From the NCBI GenBank assembly GCA_964575955.1, contig CAZNTG010000006.1, positions 512,001-576,000 on the forward strand: a DNA stretch of 64,000 bases, given 5' to 3'. Shown here piece after piece: positions 19,474 through 28,209 of the stretch. The notes beneath the pieces are model-generated. The model was not told where the DNA came from and made no database searches. It worked only from the letters and a program-made list of their open reading frames with translations. Numbering within the stretch: position 1 is the first letter of the stretch; each line of letters starts with the position of its first letter. Source of the DNA: an uncultured Thermoproteaceae archaeon (GTDB lineage Archaea > Thermoproteota > Thermoprotei > Thermoproteales > Thermocladiaceae). The position numbers and the translations under genes are program-made.

Positions 19474-20856
19474 ATGCCAAGAGGTCATGTTGCAGGTAAA
19501 ATACCACCACATGGAGGTAAGCTTGTTGAGAGAATAGTCAAGTTTAGAGAGAGAGCAGAGAGAATGATACAGGGATTACCAGCATACGAATTACAGCCAA
19601 CTAGAGATCCAAAGACAGGACTACCAATTAGACATGTAGCTCATGAAGTTGTAAGCATATGCTACGGCTTCTTCAGCCCACTCGAAGGCTTCATGACTAG
19701 AGAAGAGTTGGAAAGTGTACTCAAGGAGAGAAGACTACCAGATGGATGGCTATGGCCAATGCCAATACTATTCGACATACCTGAAGAAGATCTTAAGAAG
19801 CTTGGAATTAAGGAAGGTGACCAACTCCTACTCATGGTGCATGGAAAACCATTTGCAGTACTTGACGTAGATGAGATATACAAGTATGATCCAAAGGAGA
19901 TTGCAACAAAGACATTCGGTACTAAGGAGGCAGCACCAGGAATTGTACAGATGGACTTTGATGCTAAACACCCAGGATGGTTACAGTACTCATCAATGAC
20001 AGGAACATTCATTGGAGGTAAGGTAACTCTAGTAAATGAGCCAGTATTTGAAGAACCATATAGTAGACTTTGGACACCACCAAGAAAGGCTAGAGAAGAG
20101 ATTATTAAGAGAGGTTGGAGATTGGTAATTGCACACCAGACTAGAAATGTACCACATGTAGGTCATGAACATCTAATGAAGTTTGCAATGCTTAATGGAG
20201 ATATTGAACCATGTGATGCAGTTCTAGTAAATGCAATTATCGGTGTTAAGAGACTTGGAGACTATGTTGATGAAGCAATTTTAGAAGGTCATGAGATGGT
20301 TAACAAGGCTGGATACATAGCACCAGAACACCACATGGTAACATTCACACTATGGGACATGAAGTATGGTCATCCAGTAGAGGCAGTACTACACGCAATA
20401 ATTAGACAAAACATGGGATGTACACACCACATGTTCGGTAGAGATCACGCAGCAGTAGGAGACTACTACCATCCATATGCAGCACACACACTATGGAAAG
20501 AGGGTATTCCAGGACTTGGATTTCCAGAACCACCACACGAGACGTATAAGGGAGTACTCATAAAGCCTGTACTAATGAAAGAGATACTATACTGTAGAAA
20601 GTGTGGTGAATTAGTATACACTGGATGTTGGTGTAACCACAAGAGTGAGTGGTCTAAGTTCAGTGGAAGCTTCATTAGAAGCCTAATAATTGAAGGTGTA
20701 GAACCACCAGCACTAATAATGAGACCGGAAGTATTCCAAGTAGTAATGAAATGGTGGGAGAAGATTGGAACACCATTCGTAAACAAGACATACCTAACTA
20801 CTAGAAAGATACCCCCATTCGACTTAAAACCAATGGAGTACTCTCCAAAGAAGTAA
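19474..20856 (+). CDS. sat: Sulfate adenylyltransferase (ATP sulfurylase)
   Basis: PHGGKLV, GFFSPLEGFM, QTRNVPHVGHE, RQNMGCTH.MFGRDHA, C-terminal Zn CxxC, MRPEV. Confidence 0.96.
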   Translation: MPRGHVAGKIPPHGGKLVERIVKFRERAERMIQGLPAYELQPTRDPKTGLPIRHVAHEVVSICYGFFSPLEGFMTREELESVLKERRLPDGWLWPMPILFDIPEEDLKKLGIKEGDQLLLMVHGKPFAVLDVDEIYKYDPKEIATKTFGTKEAAPGIVQMDFDAKHPGWLQYSSMTGTFIGGKVTLVNEPVFEEPYSRLWTPPRKAREEIIKRGWRLVIAHQTRNVPHVGHEHLMKFAMLNGDIEPCDAVLVNAIIGVKRLGDYVDEAILEGHEMVNKAGYIAPEHHMVTFTLWDMKYGHPVEAVLHAIIRQNMGCTHHMFGRDHAAVGDYYHPYAAHTLWKEGIPGLGFPEPPHETYKGVLIKPVLMKEILYCRKCGELVYTGCWCNHKSEWSKFSGSFIRSLIIEGVEPPALIMRPEVFQVVMKWWEKIGTPFVNKTYLTTRKIPPFDLKPMEYSPKK

Positions 20857-20871
20857 CCTCGGGTGGGAGCC

Positions 20872-21225
20872 ATGTCCGCCCCCCAGACCTACAAGATCGA
20901 GCTTCCACTAGATAGAAGAAGAATGGAAAGAATAGAGAAAGAAGCACCAGAACTAAAGCAATACATCAAGGAAGCATTTGGAGGATTACTAAAGCTACTA
21001 GAAGTTGAAGTAACAGCAGAGCAGTGGAAGAAGATTCAGGAAGACTTTCCAGTAGCAAGAACAACACCACACGGAACAATTGAACAATTACCAAAAGCAT
21101 TTAAGGAAGCACTATTTGACGCTGTCGTAAGATTGAAGAAGCTTGATCCATCAGTGATAGACGAAGTATATAAGAATATTGAAGAGATAAAGAAGAAGGC
21201 ATACGAAGAACCACTCTTCAAGTAA
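20872..21225 (+). CDS. Hypothetical protein co-transcribed with sat
   Basis: SD-like GGGTGGGAG before ATG 20872; same codon style as sat. Confidence 0.75.
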   Translation: MSAPQTYKIELPLDRRRMERIEKEAPELKQYIKEAFGGLLKLLEVEVTAEQWKKIQEDFPVARTTPHGTIEQLPKAFKEALFDAVVRLKKLDPSVIDEVYKNIEEIKKKAYEEPLFK

Positions 21226-21278
21226 AAACTAAAATTATAGAAATTCAAAATATTTTAAATAATTCTCTTCTAAATTCT

Positions 21279-22061
21279 CTATTCTACTGTCGTTCTTCTA
21301 AATAGTATTGTACATATACTTATCATAGCTATTGCAAATATTATTAAAACTAGACTATCAACACCAAGTCCAATAGATGTGTAGTTTATTAATAATGTCC
21401 TTAATGCATCTGTACTATAGGTTATTGGGTTTAGTAATGTTAGTATTTTAAACCATGTTGGCATATATTTAAGTGGATAGAATATGTTGCTGAGGAAGTT
21501 TAATGGAAGTACTATAAAGCTTACTAATGCTTGAAATGTTTCAAAACTATTTACAACAAGTGCTATTATTGTTCCAAGTCCAGCACCTACAATTCCAATA
21601 AGTATGCAGTATAGTAATGCTAGTGGTATATTCACATAGTTTAGATAACCTGTCATTACTAGTCCAAGTATCATTATTATAGATGCTTGTATTAGTGCTG
21701 TTGATACATCACCAATAATTCTACCTACAATAATACATGTTCTAGATGCAGGTGCTACAAGAACTTCTTTTAGAAATCCAAATTGTCTATCCCATATAAC
21801 GGATACACCTGCCATAAATGAAGATGTGAACATTGTCATACATACAATTCCAGGAACTAGAAATGATAGATATGAAGTTCCTAAAATTTGTCTAAATGGT
21901 AATGTTCTAAATGTTGTTGAAAATCCAACACCAAACAATACAAGCCACATAATTGGCATTAGTATAGTACTTATAGCTCTCGCTCTAGCTCTGAAAAATC
22001 TCTTAATTTGTCTAAGAGCAATTGCAGATATTATTGATAGAGAATTGTAAATACTCTTCAT
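21279..22061 (-). CDS. ABC-2 type exporter permease (DrrB-like)
   Basis: YLSFLVPG, IWDRQFGFLKEVLVAP, NPITY..DALR; about six TM segments. Confidence 0.92.
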   Translation of the reverse strand: MKSIYNSLSIISAIALRQIKRFFRARARAISTILMPIMWLVLFGVGFSTTFRTLPFRQILGTSYLSFLVPGIVCMTMFTSSFMAGVSVIWDRQFGFLKEVLVAPASRTCIIVGRIIGDVSTALIQASIIMILGLVMTGYLNYVNIPLALLYCILIGIVGAGLGTIIALVVNSFETFQALVSFIVLPLNFLSNIFYPLKYMPTWFKILTLLNPITYSTDALRTLLINYTSIGLGVDSLVLIIFAIAMISICTILFRRTTVE

Positions 22062-23050
22062 AATACTCTCCTCCTATGAATCATCCTTATATGATCAAAG
22101 AATGTACCTTCCTCTTCTCTTAACTCTCTACCTGTCAAATATATAAATACGTCATTTAGCGTAGGCTTCTTATAACTAATTTCCTCAATCTGTATACCAT
22201 ACTTATGACATAGTTCAAAAATTTCAGGTAGTGCTTTTGAAGCATTTTCAACAATAATTTTAACCTTCCTATCAGATATTGGTTTAATATCTTTAACATC
22301 TTTCAAATTCTTAAAGATTCCTAATGGTGGTATATCTACAAACTTGATATAAACTACCTCTCTACCCAACGTAGATTTCAAAGATTCAGGTGTACCTTCA
22401 GCAACAATTTCACCTCTATCAATTATAGCTATCCTATCACATAGTTGTTCTGCCTCCTCCATGTAGTGTGTTGTTAGTAGTATAGTTATCTTATACTCAT
22501 CTCTAAGCATCTTAATGTAATTCCAAATCTTAACTCTACTAGCTGGATCAAGACCAAGAGTTGGCTCATCTAGAAATAGTATCTCAGGATTGTGTAATAA
22601 TGCTCTAGCAATTTCAACCCTCCTCTTCATACCACCTGATAGAGATTTTACAAGTCTATTAGCACAGTGTTTTAATTCAACAAGTTCAAGCATTTCATTT
22701 ATCCTCTTCTTAAGTTCTATAGTACTCATATTGTATATCTTACCATGAAGCCATAGATTTTCATAAACTGTTAAATTTAGATCTAGAGTAATATCTTGAA
22801 AAACTACACCAATCTTCTTTCTAACATCATCAGGATTCTTAACAACATCGAAACCAGCAACAATAGCTTTACCTGATGTTGGTTTAATAACTGTCGTTAA
22901 GATGTGTATTGTAGTTGACTTACCAGCACCGTTAGGTCCTAGAAGTCCAAATATTTCACCTCTCCTAACATTAAAGCTAATACCTCTTAATGCAACTATA
23001 TTTCCAAACTTCTTTACAAGATTTTCAACAATAATACTATGGTCTATCAT
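22058..23050 (-). CDS. ABC exporter ATP-binding subunit (DrrA-like)
   Basis: GPNGAGKST, LSGGMKRR, LFLDEPT, TTHYMEEA. Confidence 0.95.
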   Translation of the reverse strand: MIDHSIIVENLVKKFGNIVALRGISFNVRRGEIFGLLGPNGAGKSTTIHILTTVIKPTSGKAIVAGFDVVKNPDDVRKKIGVVFQDITLDLNLTVYENLWLHGKIYNMSTIELKKRINEMLELVELKHCANRLVKSLSGGMKRRVEIARALLHNPEILFLDEPTLGLDPASRVKIWNYIKMLRDEYKITILLTTHYMEEAEQLCDRIAIIDRGEIVAEGTPESLKSTLGREVVYIKFVDIPPLGIFKNLKDVKDIKPISDRKVKIIVENASKALPEIFELCHKYGIQIEEISYKKPTLNDVFIYLTGRELREEEGTFFDHIRMIHRRRVL

Positions 23051-23058
23051 ATCAACAC

Positions 23059-23546
23059 CTACCTATACTTATCAACTATCTCATTTATTCTTCTTGATGT
23101 TTCATTTAAAATTTCTCTAATTTTGGCAAGATCATTATCATCTAGTTTATCTATATTTGATACGAGGTATTTAATACTTCTTACAAGTTCTATACCTCCA
23201 ATTTTAAGGAATTTTGATATTTTACTTGCTACTTTCATACATTCTTCAATTTCTTCTCTATGATTTTCAATATATTCAAGACCTTTCTTAGTTATCTTAT
23301 AGACTTTCAATTTTCTTTCACCAATCTCGGAGACTTCAACAAGCCCTTCCTTAACTAGCTTTTTTAAATGTGGATATATTACACCACTACTAACTCTATA
23401 TCCTATTATTTTTCTAACTCTTTAATAATTGCATATCCATGAGCCTCCTTTTCTTGCAGTATTTTTAATATTAAATTTCTAATTAATCCTCTCATAACTC
23501 TCTTGCATAATGTTCCTGTTCTCTCTATAGATATGTCTAGAGACAT
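23059..23546 (-). pseudogene. PadR family transcriptional regulator, frameshifted
   Basis: ATG 23546 reads ...MRGLIRNLILKILQEKEAHGYAIIKELEK*. The protein continues in another frame as IIGYRVSSGVIYPHLKKLVKEGLV...RKLKVYKITKKG. The break is at an A5 run (23409-23413). Confidence 0.85.
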
Positions 23547-23573
23547 GTCTAGAGCTACTTTCTAGGATTTAAA
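23533..23573 (-). promoter_or_regulatory. padR promoter with palindromic putative operator over the start site
   Basis: TATA TTTTAAAT about 20-28 nt upstream of ATG 23546; ATGTCT-AG-AGACAT and AGACATGTCT palindromes; direct repeat ATGTCTAGAG x2. Confidence 0.5.
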
Positions 23574-23705
23574 AGTCGTTCTCTAGAAGTTCATAATTTT
23601 TCTATATTGATCATATGTGTCAAATGTACTTCACATTGAGTCTATATATTGAGGTTGTTAGAGTAGGATGATTTTTATTCTAGTCACAGATATACTATGT
23701 GAGGT

Positions 23706-24644
23706 ATGATCTGGAAATTTGAGGAGGAGGAGAGAAGTGAGGAAGTTGTTGAAGAAGGTGAGAGTGGAGAAGTATCTTCAGAAGAGGCTAGTGAGGAGAT
23801 AGAAGTTAGAGAGGAGAAGCTTGAGGAAGAGATTGAAAAATCTGCAATAGCTGAAGAGGAGGTTTCTGAAGAAGCTGTATGTCAAGTAATGTTTCCAAAA
23901 GGTAAAGACGTTAAATATCTATTTACAGCTCTTGCAAATCTTCTACATGAAGCAAATCTAGTATTCACTCCTGATGGTATTAAGATGAAGTCTATAGATC
24001 CTTCAAAAGTCTCACTACTAATACTTGATATTCCAAGTATAAATCTTGAAGAAGTTCATGTAACTAGCGAGGTCAAGGTTGGTGTTGTATTTGATATCTT
24101 GAAGAAGATTGTCAAGAGAATAAAAGCTAGAGATAAGATAGAGTTCATGGTAAAACCGGGTGTAGGTAGATTCTACCTCACAATATATAGTAAGAAGGGT
24201 AAGGAAGCTGGAATATATAGAAGATTTGGAATACCAATCATAGCTGTTGCAGAAGAAGAAATACCTGAACCAAACATATCATATTCAGCACGTGTTAGAA
24301 TGGACATTGACACATTTACAGATATTGTAGCAGCAGCTGATGAGATAAGTGATGCTGTGACATTCATAATAAAGCCAGACACATTCATAATTAAGGCAGT
24401 TGGTGAAGGTGGTAAAGGACTAGAAGCAGAATACTCTAGAACAGATGAAGCAATATACGAGTTAGAGGCTGAGGAAACATCTGAAGCAACATTCTCAACA
24501 GAGTACATACTAGACTGTACAAGACAGATGAGGCAGATATGTGAGTATGTAATTATTGAATTATCAACAAATAAGCCATTAAAATTAACATATGAGTTCT
24601 CAGTAGGGAAATTACAGTTCTACCTAGCACCAAGAGCAGTATAG
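23706..24644 (+). CDS. pcn: PCNA sliding clamp with acidic N-terminal extension
   Basis: IDPSKVSL, ATFSTEYI, KPLKLTY...GKLQFYLAPR; first ~55 aa are Glu-rich. Confidence 0.92.
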   Translation: MIWKFEEEERSEEVVEEGESGEVSSEEASEEIEVREEKLEEEIEKSAIAEEEVSEEAVCQVMFPKGKDVKYLFTALANLLHEANLVFTPDGIKMKSIDPSKVSLLILDIPSINLEEVHVTSEVKVGVVFDILKKIVKRIKARDKIEFMVKPGVGRFYLTIYSKKGKEAGIYRRFGIPIIAVAEEEIPEPNISYSARVRMDIDTFTDIVAAADEISDAVTFIIKPDTFIIKAVGEGGKGLEAEYSRTDEAIYELEAEETSEATFSTEYILDCTRQMRQICEYVIIELSTNKPLKLTYEFSVGKLQFYLAPRAV

Positions 24645-24656
24645 TTATTTAAAAGT

Positions 24657-24705
24657 TCAGCTGTTCCAGCGTTCTTCACTTATCTGACAAATGCCTCTTC
24701 ATCAT
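24657..24705 (-). ncRNA. Box C/D methylation guide sRNA (probable 23S rRNA targets)
   Basis: ATGATGA-AGAGGCATTTGT-CAGA-TAA-GTGAAGA-ACGCTGGAACAG-CTGA. Confidence 0.88.
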
Positions 24706-24712
24706 CTAGAAT

Positions 24713-25318
24713 TTAGATATTTAGCATTTTTATAACATCTCCTATTCCCTGTATTATCAATGACACAGACCAACCTGCAACTATCAAGCTCATAAATCTT
24801 CCAATAAATTTCAACATATCCTGCCCTAGCCTTCTCAATATTTGTTGTGAAAATTTTATTATTAAATATGTAACTCCTGAAGCTATTAATATACTTAAAA
24901 TAACTTGCCATAATGGGTATGTACTTCTCATAACTAGTACAGCTGTTATTGCTCCAGGACCAACAAGCATTGGTGTAACTATTGGAACAAATACAAACTC
25001 TTCAACATTTATACTTGCAGTTTTTGGATAACCTTCTCTTAAAATATCTATAGATACTACAAGTAGTATTATCCCACCTGCAATTTCCAAATCAGGTGTT
25101 TTTATTGAAAATACTTCAAGAATATACTGACCAGCAAGTGCAAATATTATCAATATTGAAGGAACACCAATACCAACAAGCTTATCTATCTTCTTCAAAG
25201 TCTTCTCATCTGCTTGAGATATTACAGGAGCTAGTAGTGGTATTGCACCTGTAGGATCTATAATAGCTAATAATTGAAAAGCCATGAATAGAGTATTCAT
25301 TAATGCCTTCTCAATCAT
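24713..25318 (-). CDS. MarC family membrane protein
   Basis: IIDPTGAIP, IAGGIILL, VPIVTPMLVGPGAIT, RFMSLIV. Confidence 0.92.
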   Translation of the reverse strand: MIEKALMNTLFMAFQLLAIIDPTGAIPLLAPVISQADEKTLKKIDKLVGIGVPSILIIFALAGQYILEVFSIKTPDLEIAGGIILLVVSIDILREGYPKTASINVEEFVFVPIVTPMLVGPGAITAVLVMRSTYPLWQVILSILIASGVTYLIIKFSQQILRRLGQDMLKFIGRFMSLIVAGWSVSLIIQGIGDVIKMLNI

Positions 25319-25378
25319 GATCTAGGAAATGAGAGTAGATATTTAACTATCTCATTTAAATCTTTGAATAAGTGAAAT

Positions 25379-26665
25379 ATGGATACAATACTTGAAAAAG
25401 CATTAAAAGCAATAGAAAAATACAACCTTTGTAATCATTGTCTAGGTAGACTCTTCGCAAGACTTGGATATGGAATGGAAAATTATGAACGTGGAAAAGC
25501 AATAAAAGATACACTATTCATGATATTACACTCACGGATTGATGAGAAAGAAGAAAATTTAGAATATATTAAAAAACTTGCAAAATCAGGACATGAACCA
25601 TCTATAAGATTTCTAAAGGAAGTATATAATATTGATATAGAAGTAGATAAATGCTACATATGTAGAAATGAGATTTTCAATAGAATAGAAGAAATATCAA
25701 ACAAAGTTCTAGAATTTATAAATAGTATAGATGTAGAATTCAAAACATATCATATAGGTACAAGAATTCCAAAAGAATACATAATGAGAGATATTGAAGT
25801 ATCTACAGATATAGGATCAATATGGTCTGAATCTATTAAAAGAGAGTTAAATAGAATAATTGGTAAGAAGATTAAAAATGCTTTAGGAAATTCAAAGATA
25901 TTTGAAAGATTAAATCCTGATGTTGAAATAATTGTAGATGTGTTAAGTGGAGATGTTTCTATAGAAATTAAACCAATATACGTATATTCTAGATATAGAA
26001 AGCTTATTAGAGGTGTTTCACAGGTACAGCTTAGACTTAATGTAATATCATCACTTCAAAAAATACTAAATGAACATCTATGTCCTAAGTTTAATTGTGA
26101 AGAAGTTATTGTACATGCTTCAGGACGTGAAGATGTTGATGTTAGAATGCTTGGTAATGGTAGACCTCTAATAATATCTATAGTAAGACCAAGAAAGAGA
26201 CCTAGTATAGATATTGTTAAGAATATGTTAAATATTGATAATGAACCTGTGGAGATTATTACAGAATTCTTAAAATTTAGCACAAGGTCAGATATTAAGA
26301 AGTTGAAAAGTCAAGCTACTAGACATGCAAAAATCTATAGAGCACTTGTACTATTTGATAAAGATGTTGACGATTTAAAATTAAAATCTTTAGAAGAGTA
26401 TTTTCATAATAGACAGATTATTCAATATACTCCTAGAAGAATTAAGAGAAAGTCTCCAAAGAAGAAGAGAGTTAGGATTGTGTATGAATTAAAAACTTTC
26501 AAAATTAATAGTAGACTTGTAGAGTTCTATATTAAATGTCAAGGTGGTCTATATGTTAAGGAATTTATAACAGGTGATGAAGGTAGAACTAGTCCAAGTA
26601 TTAGTGATACTCTTGGTATTAATGCAATTCCACTAACTTTAGATGTACTTGATGTTTTAGATTAA
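25379..26665 (+). CDS. pus10: tRNA pseudouridine(54/55) synthase Pus10
   Basis: N-terminal LCNHCLGR Zn site, THUMP region, GREDVDVRMLGNGRP, GGLYVKEFI.GD.GRT.PS. Confidence 0.95.
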   Translation: MDTILEKALKAIEKYNLCNHCLGRLFARLGYGMENYERGKAIKDTLFMILHSRIDEKEENLEYIKKLAKSGHEPSIRFLKEVYNIDIEVDKCYICRNEIFNRIEEISNKVLEFINSIDVEFKTYHIGTRIPKEYIMRDIEVSTDIGSIWSESIKRELNRIIGKKIKNALGNSKIFERLNPDVEIIVDVLSGDVSIEIKPIYVYSRYRKLIRGVSQVQLRLNVISSLQKILNEHLCPKFNCEEVIVHASGREDVDVRMLGNGRPLIISIVRPRKRPSIDIVKNMLNIDNEPVEIITEFLKFSTRSDIKKLKSQATRHAKIYRALVLFDKDVDDLKLKSLEEYFHNRQIIQYTPRRIKRKSPKKKRVRIVYELKTFKINSRLVEFYIKCQGGLYVKEFITGDEGRTSPSISDTLGINAIPLTLDVLDVLD

Positions 26666-27126
26666 TCTAAGACTTCTGCAATAATTATCATGTATTTTCT
26701 ATTATTGCATTCTACAGTATTTAATATTTTTAATACTTTTATCTTTGTTCCACTTTTAATAGCATTGTAGTCTTCTGATAATCTACTTTGACATTTTTCA
26801 TCTATTACTGTGTATGTTGTTATAACTCCCTCAATTATGTTTGGACTATATGGTACTGCTATTTTTATTGGTAATTCCTCAACTACTACAGGTATTAGTG
26901 CTTCACCTGTTAGTAAACATTTTTCAATTCTTGGAAGATTTACTTTTCTAACTTCTACGATTCTATATCTTCTACCTATCTTAAGTTTAGACATACATGC
27001 TTGATATAGTGGACATCTTCTACATTCTTCAGGTATTGAATATATTTTAAATATATGTCCTATCTTTGCCTGTCCTTCTCCAATTAGTGTTAATATTAGT
27101 TTTCTAGTATCAGTCTTAATCTGCAC
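26662..27126 (-). CDS. UPF0179 family protein
   Basis: LTLIG..QAKIG, ECRRCPLYQACM..L..GRRYRI.EVR. Confidence 0.85.
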   Translation of the reverse strand: MQIKTDTRKLILTLIGEGQAKIGHIFKIYSIPEECRRCPLYQACMSKLKIGRRYRIVEVRKVNLPRIEKCLLTGEALIPVVVEELPIKIAVPYSPNIIEGVITTYTVIDEKCQSRLSEDYNAIKSGTKIKVLKILNTVECNNRKYMIIIAEVLD

Positions 27127-27183
27127 CCTTCTACTCTCTTTAGACTAGTGTTTAAGTGTTTTTCAGATAGGTAAATTAACAAC

Positions 27184-28206
27184 ATGGAGAGTATTGTTGA
27201 AGGTATGGAGAAGGTTGAGATATTGTATAAGATTGATAATGAAGAGACAAATCCAGAATGGGGATGTCCACCATATAAGAGACCTATAGATAAATATATA
27301 AAGTATGGATTTGTTGTACTTGATAAGCCTAGAGGACCTACAAGTCATGAAGTTGTTGCATGGTTGAAAAGATTGTTAAATTTGAAGAAGGCTGGTCATG
27401 CGGGTACTCTAGATCCTGGTGTTTCAGGAGTTCTTCCTGTAGCTCTTGAAGAATCTACAAAAGCTCTTCAAGCAATTGCACATAGTGTTAAGGAGTATAT
27501 TGCTGTTATGAAGCTTCATGAAGATGTTCCTGAAGATAAGATCATTGAAGTATTTAAGATGTTTGAAGGTGAGATATATCAAAAACCACCACTTAGATGT
27601 GCTGTTAAGAGACAGTTAAGAACTAAGAGAGTGTACAAACTTGAACTTCTAGAAAAGAGTGGTAAGTACTGTATTGTTAGGATGGTTGTTGAAGCTGGAA
27701 CATATGCTAGAAAATTGATTCATGATATTGGCGAGGTATTGGGATGTGGTGCTAATATGAGAGAACTTAGAAGAGTTAGAGCAGGTATTTGGACTGAGAA
27801 TGATGCTGTAACACTTAATGAGATTAGAGAAGCATATGTAATATGGAAAGAGACTGGATATGAAGATCTACTTAGAAGATATATAAGACCTGTTGAAGAG
27901 ATGGTAAAACACCTACCCAAGATATGGGTTAGAGATTCTGCAGTAGATGCACTATGCCATGGTGCTGCACTTGCAGCTCCTGGAGTTGTAAAACTTACAA
28001 ATAATATTGAGAAAGGTTGTATGGTTGCAATATTCACACTTAAAGATGAGTTAATATGTCTTGCAAGAGCTGAGATGAATTCTAAAGAAATACTTTCAGC
28101 AAGTAAGGGTATTGTTGCTAGAGTTAGTAGAGTTGTAATGCCTAGAGGAACATATCCAAAACTTTGGAAAAGTGCTAGAGAGAAAGGTGAAGTTAAGTTT
28201 CAATAG
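27184..28206 (+). CDS. cbf5: H/ACA RNA-guided pseudouridine synthase Cbf5 (with PUA domain)
   Basis: [34 protein letters not shown]; C-terminal PUA domain. Confidence 0.96.
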   Translation: MESIVEGMEKVEILYKIDNEETNPEWGCPPYKRPIDKYIKYGFVVLDKPRGPTSHEVVAWLKRLLNLKKAGHAGTLDPGVSGVLPVALEESTKALQAIAHSVKEYIAVMKLHEDVPEDKIIEVFKMFEGEIYQKPPLRCAVKRQLRTKRVYKLELLEKSGKYCIVRMVVEAGTYARKLIHDIGEVLGCGANMRELRRVRAGIWTENDAVTLNEIREAYVIWKETGYEDLLRRYIRPVEEMVKHLPKIWVRDSAVDALCHGAALAAPGVVKLTNNIEKGCMVAIFTLKDELICLARAEMNSKEILSASKGIVARVSRVVMPRGTYPKLWKSAREKGEVKFQ

Positions 28207-28209
28207 TAC

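Noticed and set aside
27184-28206. Crenarchaeal cbf5 pre-mRNA intron
   Set aside because: The ORF is continuous through GHAGTLDP with no insertion.
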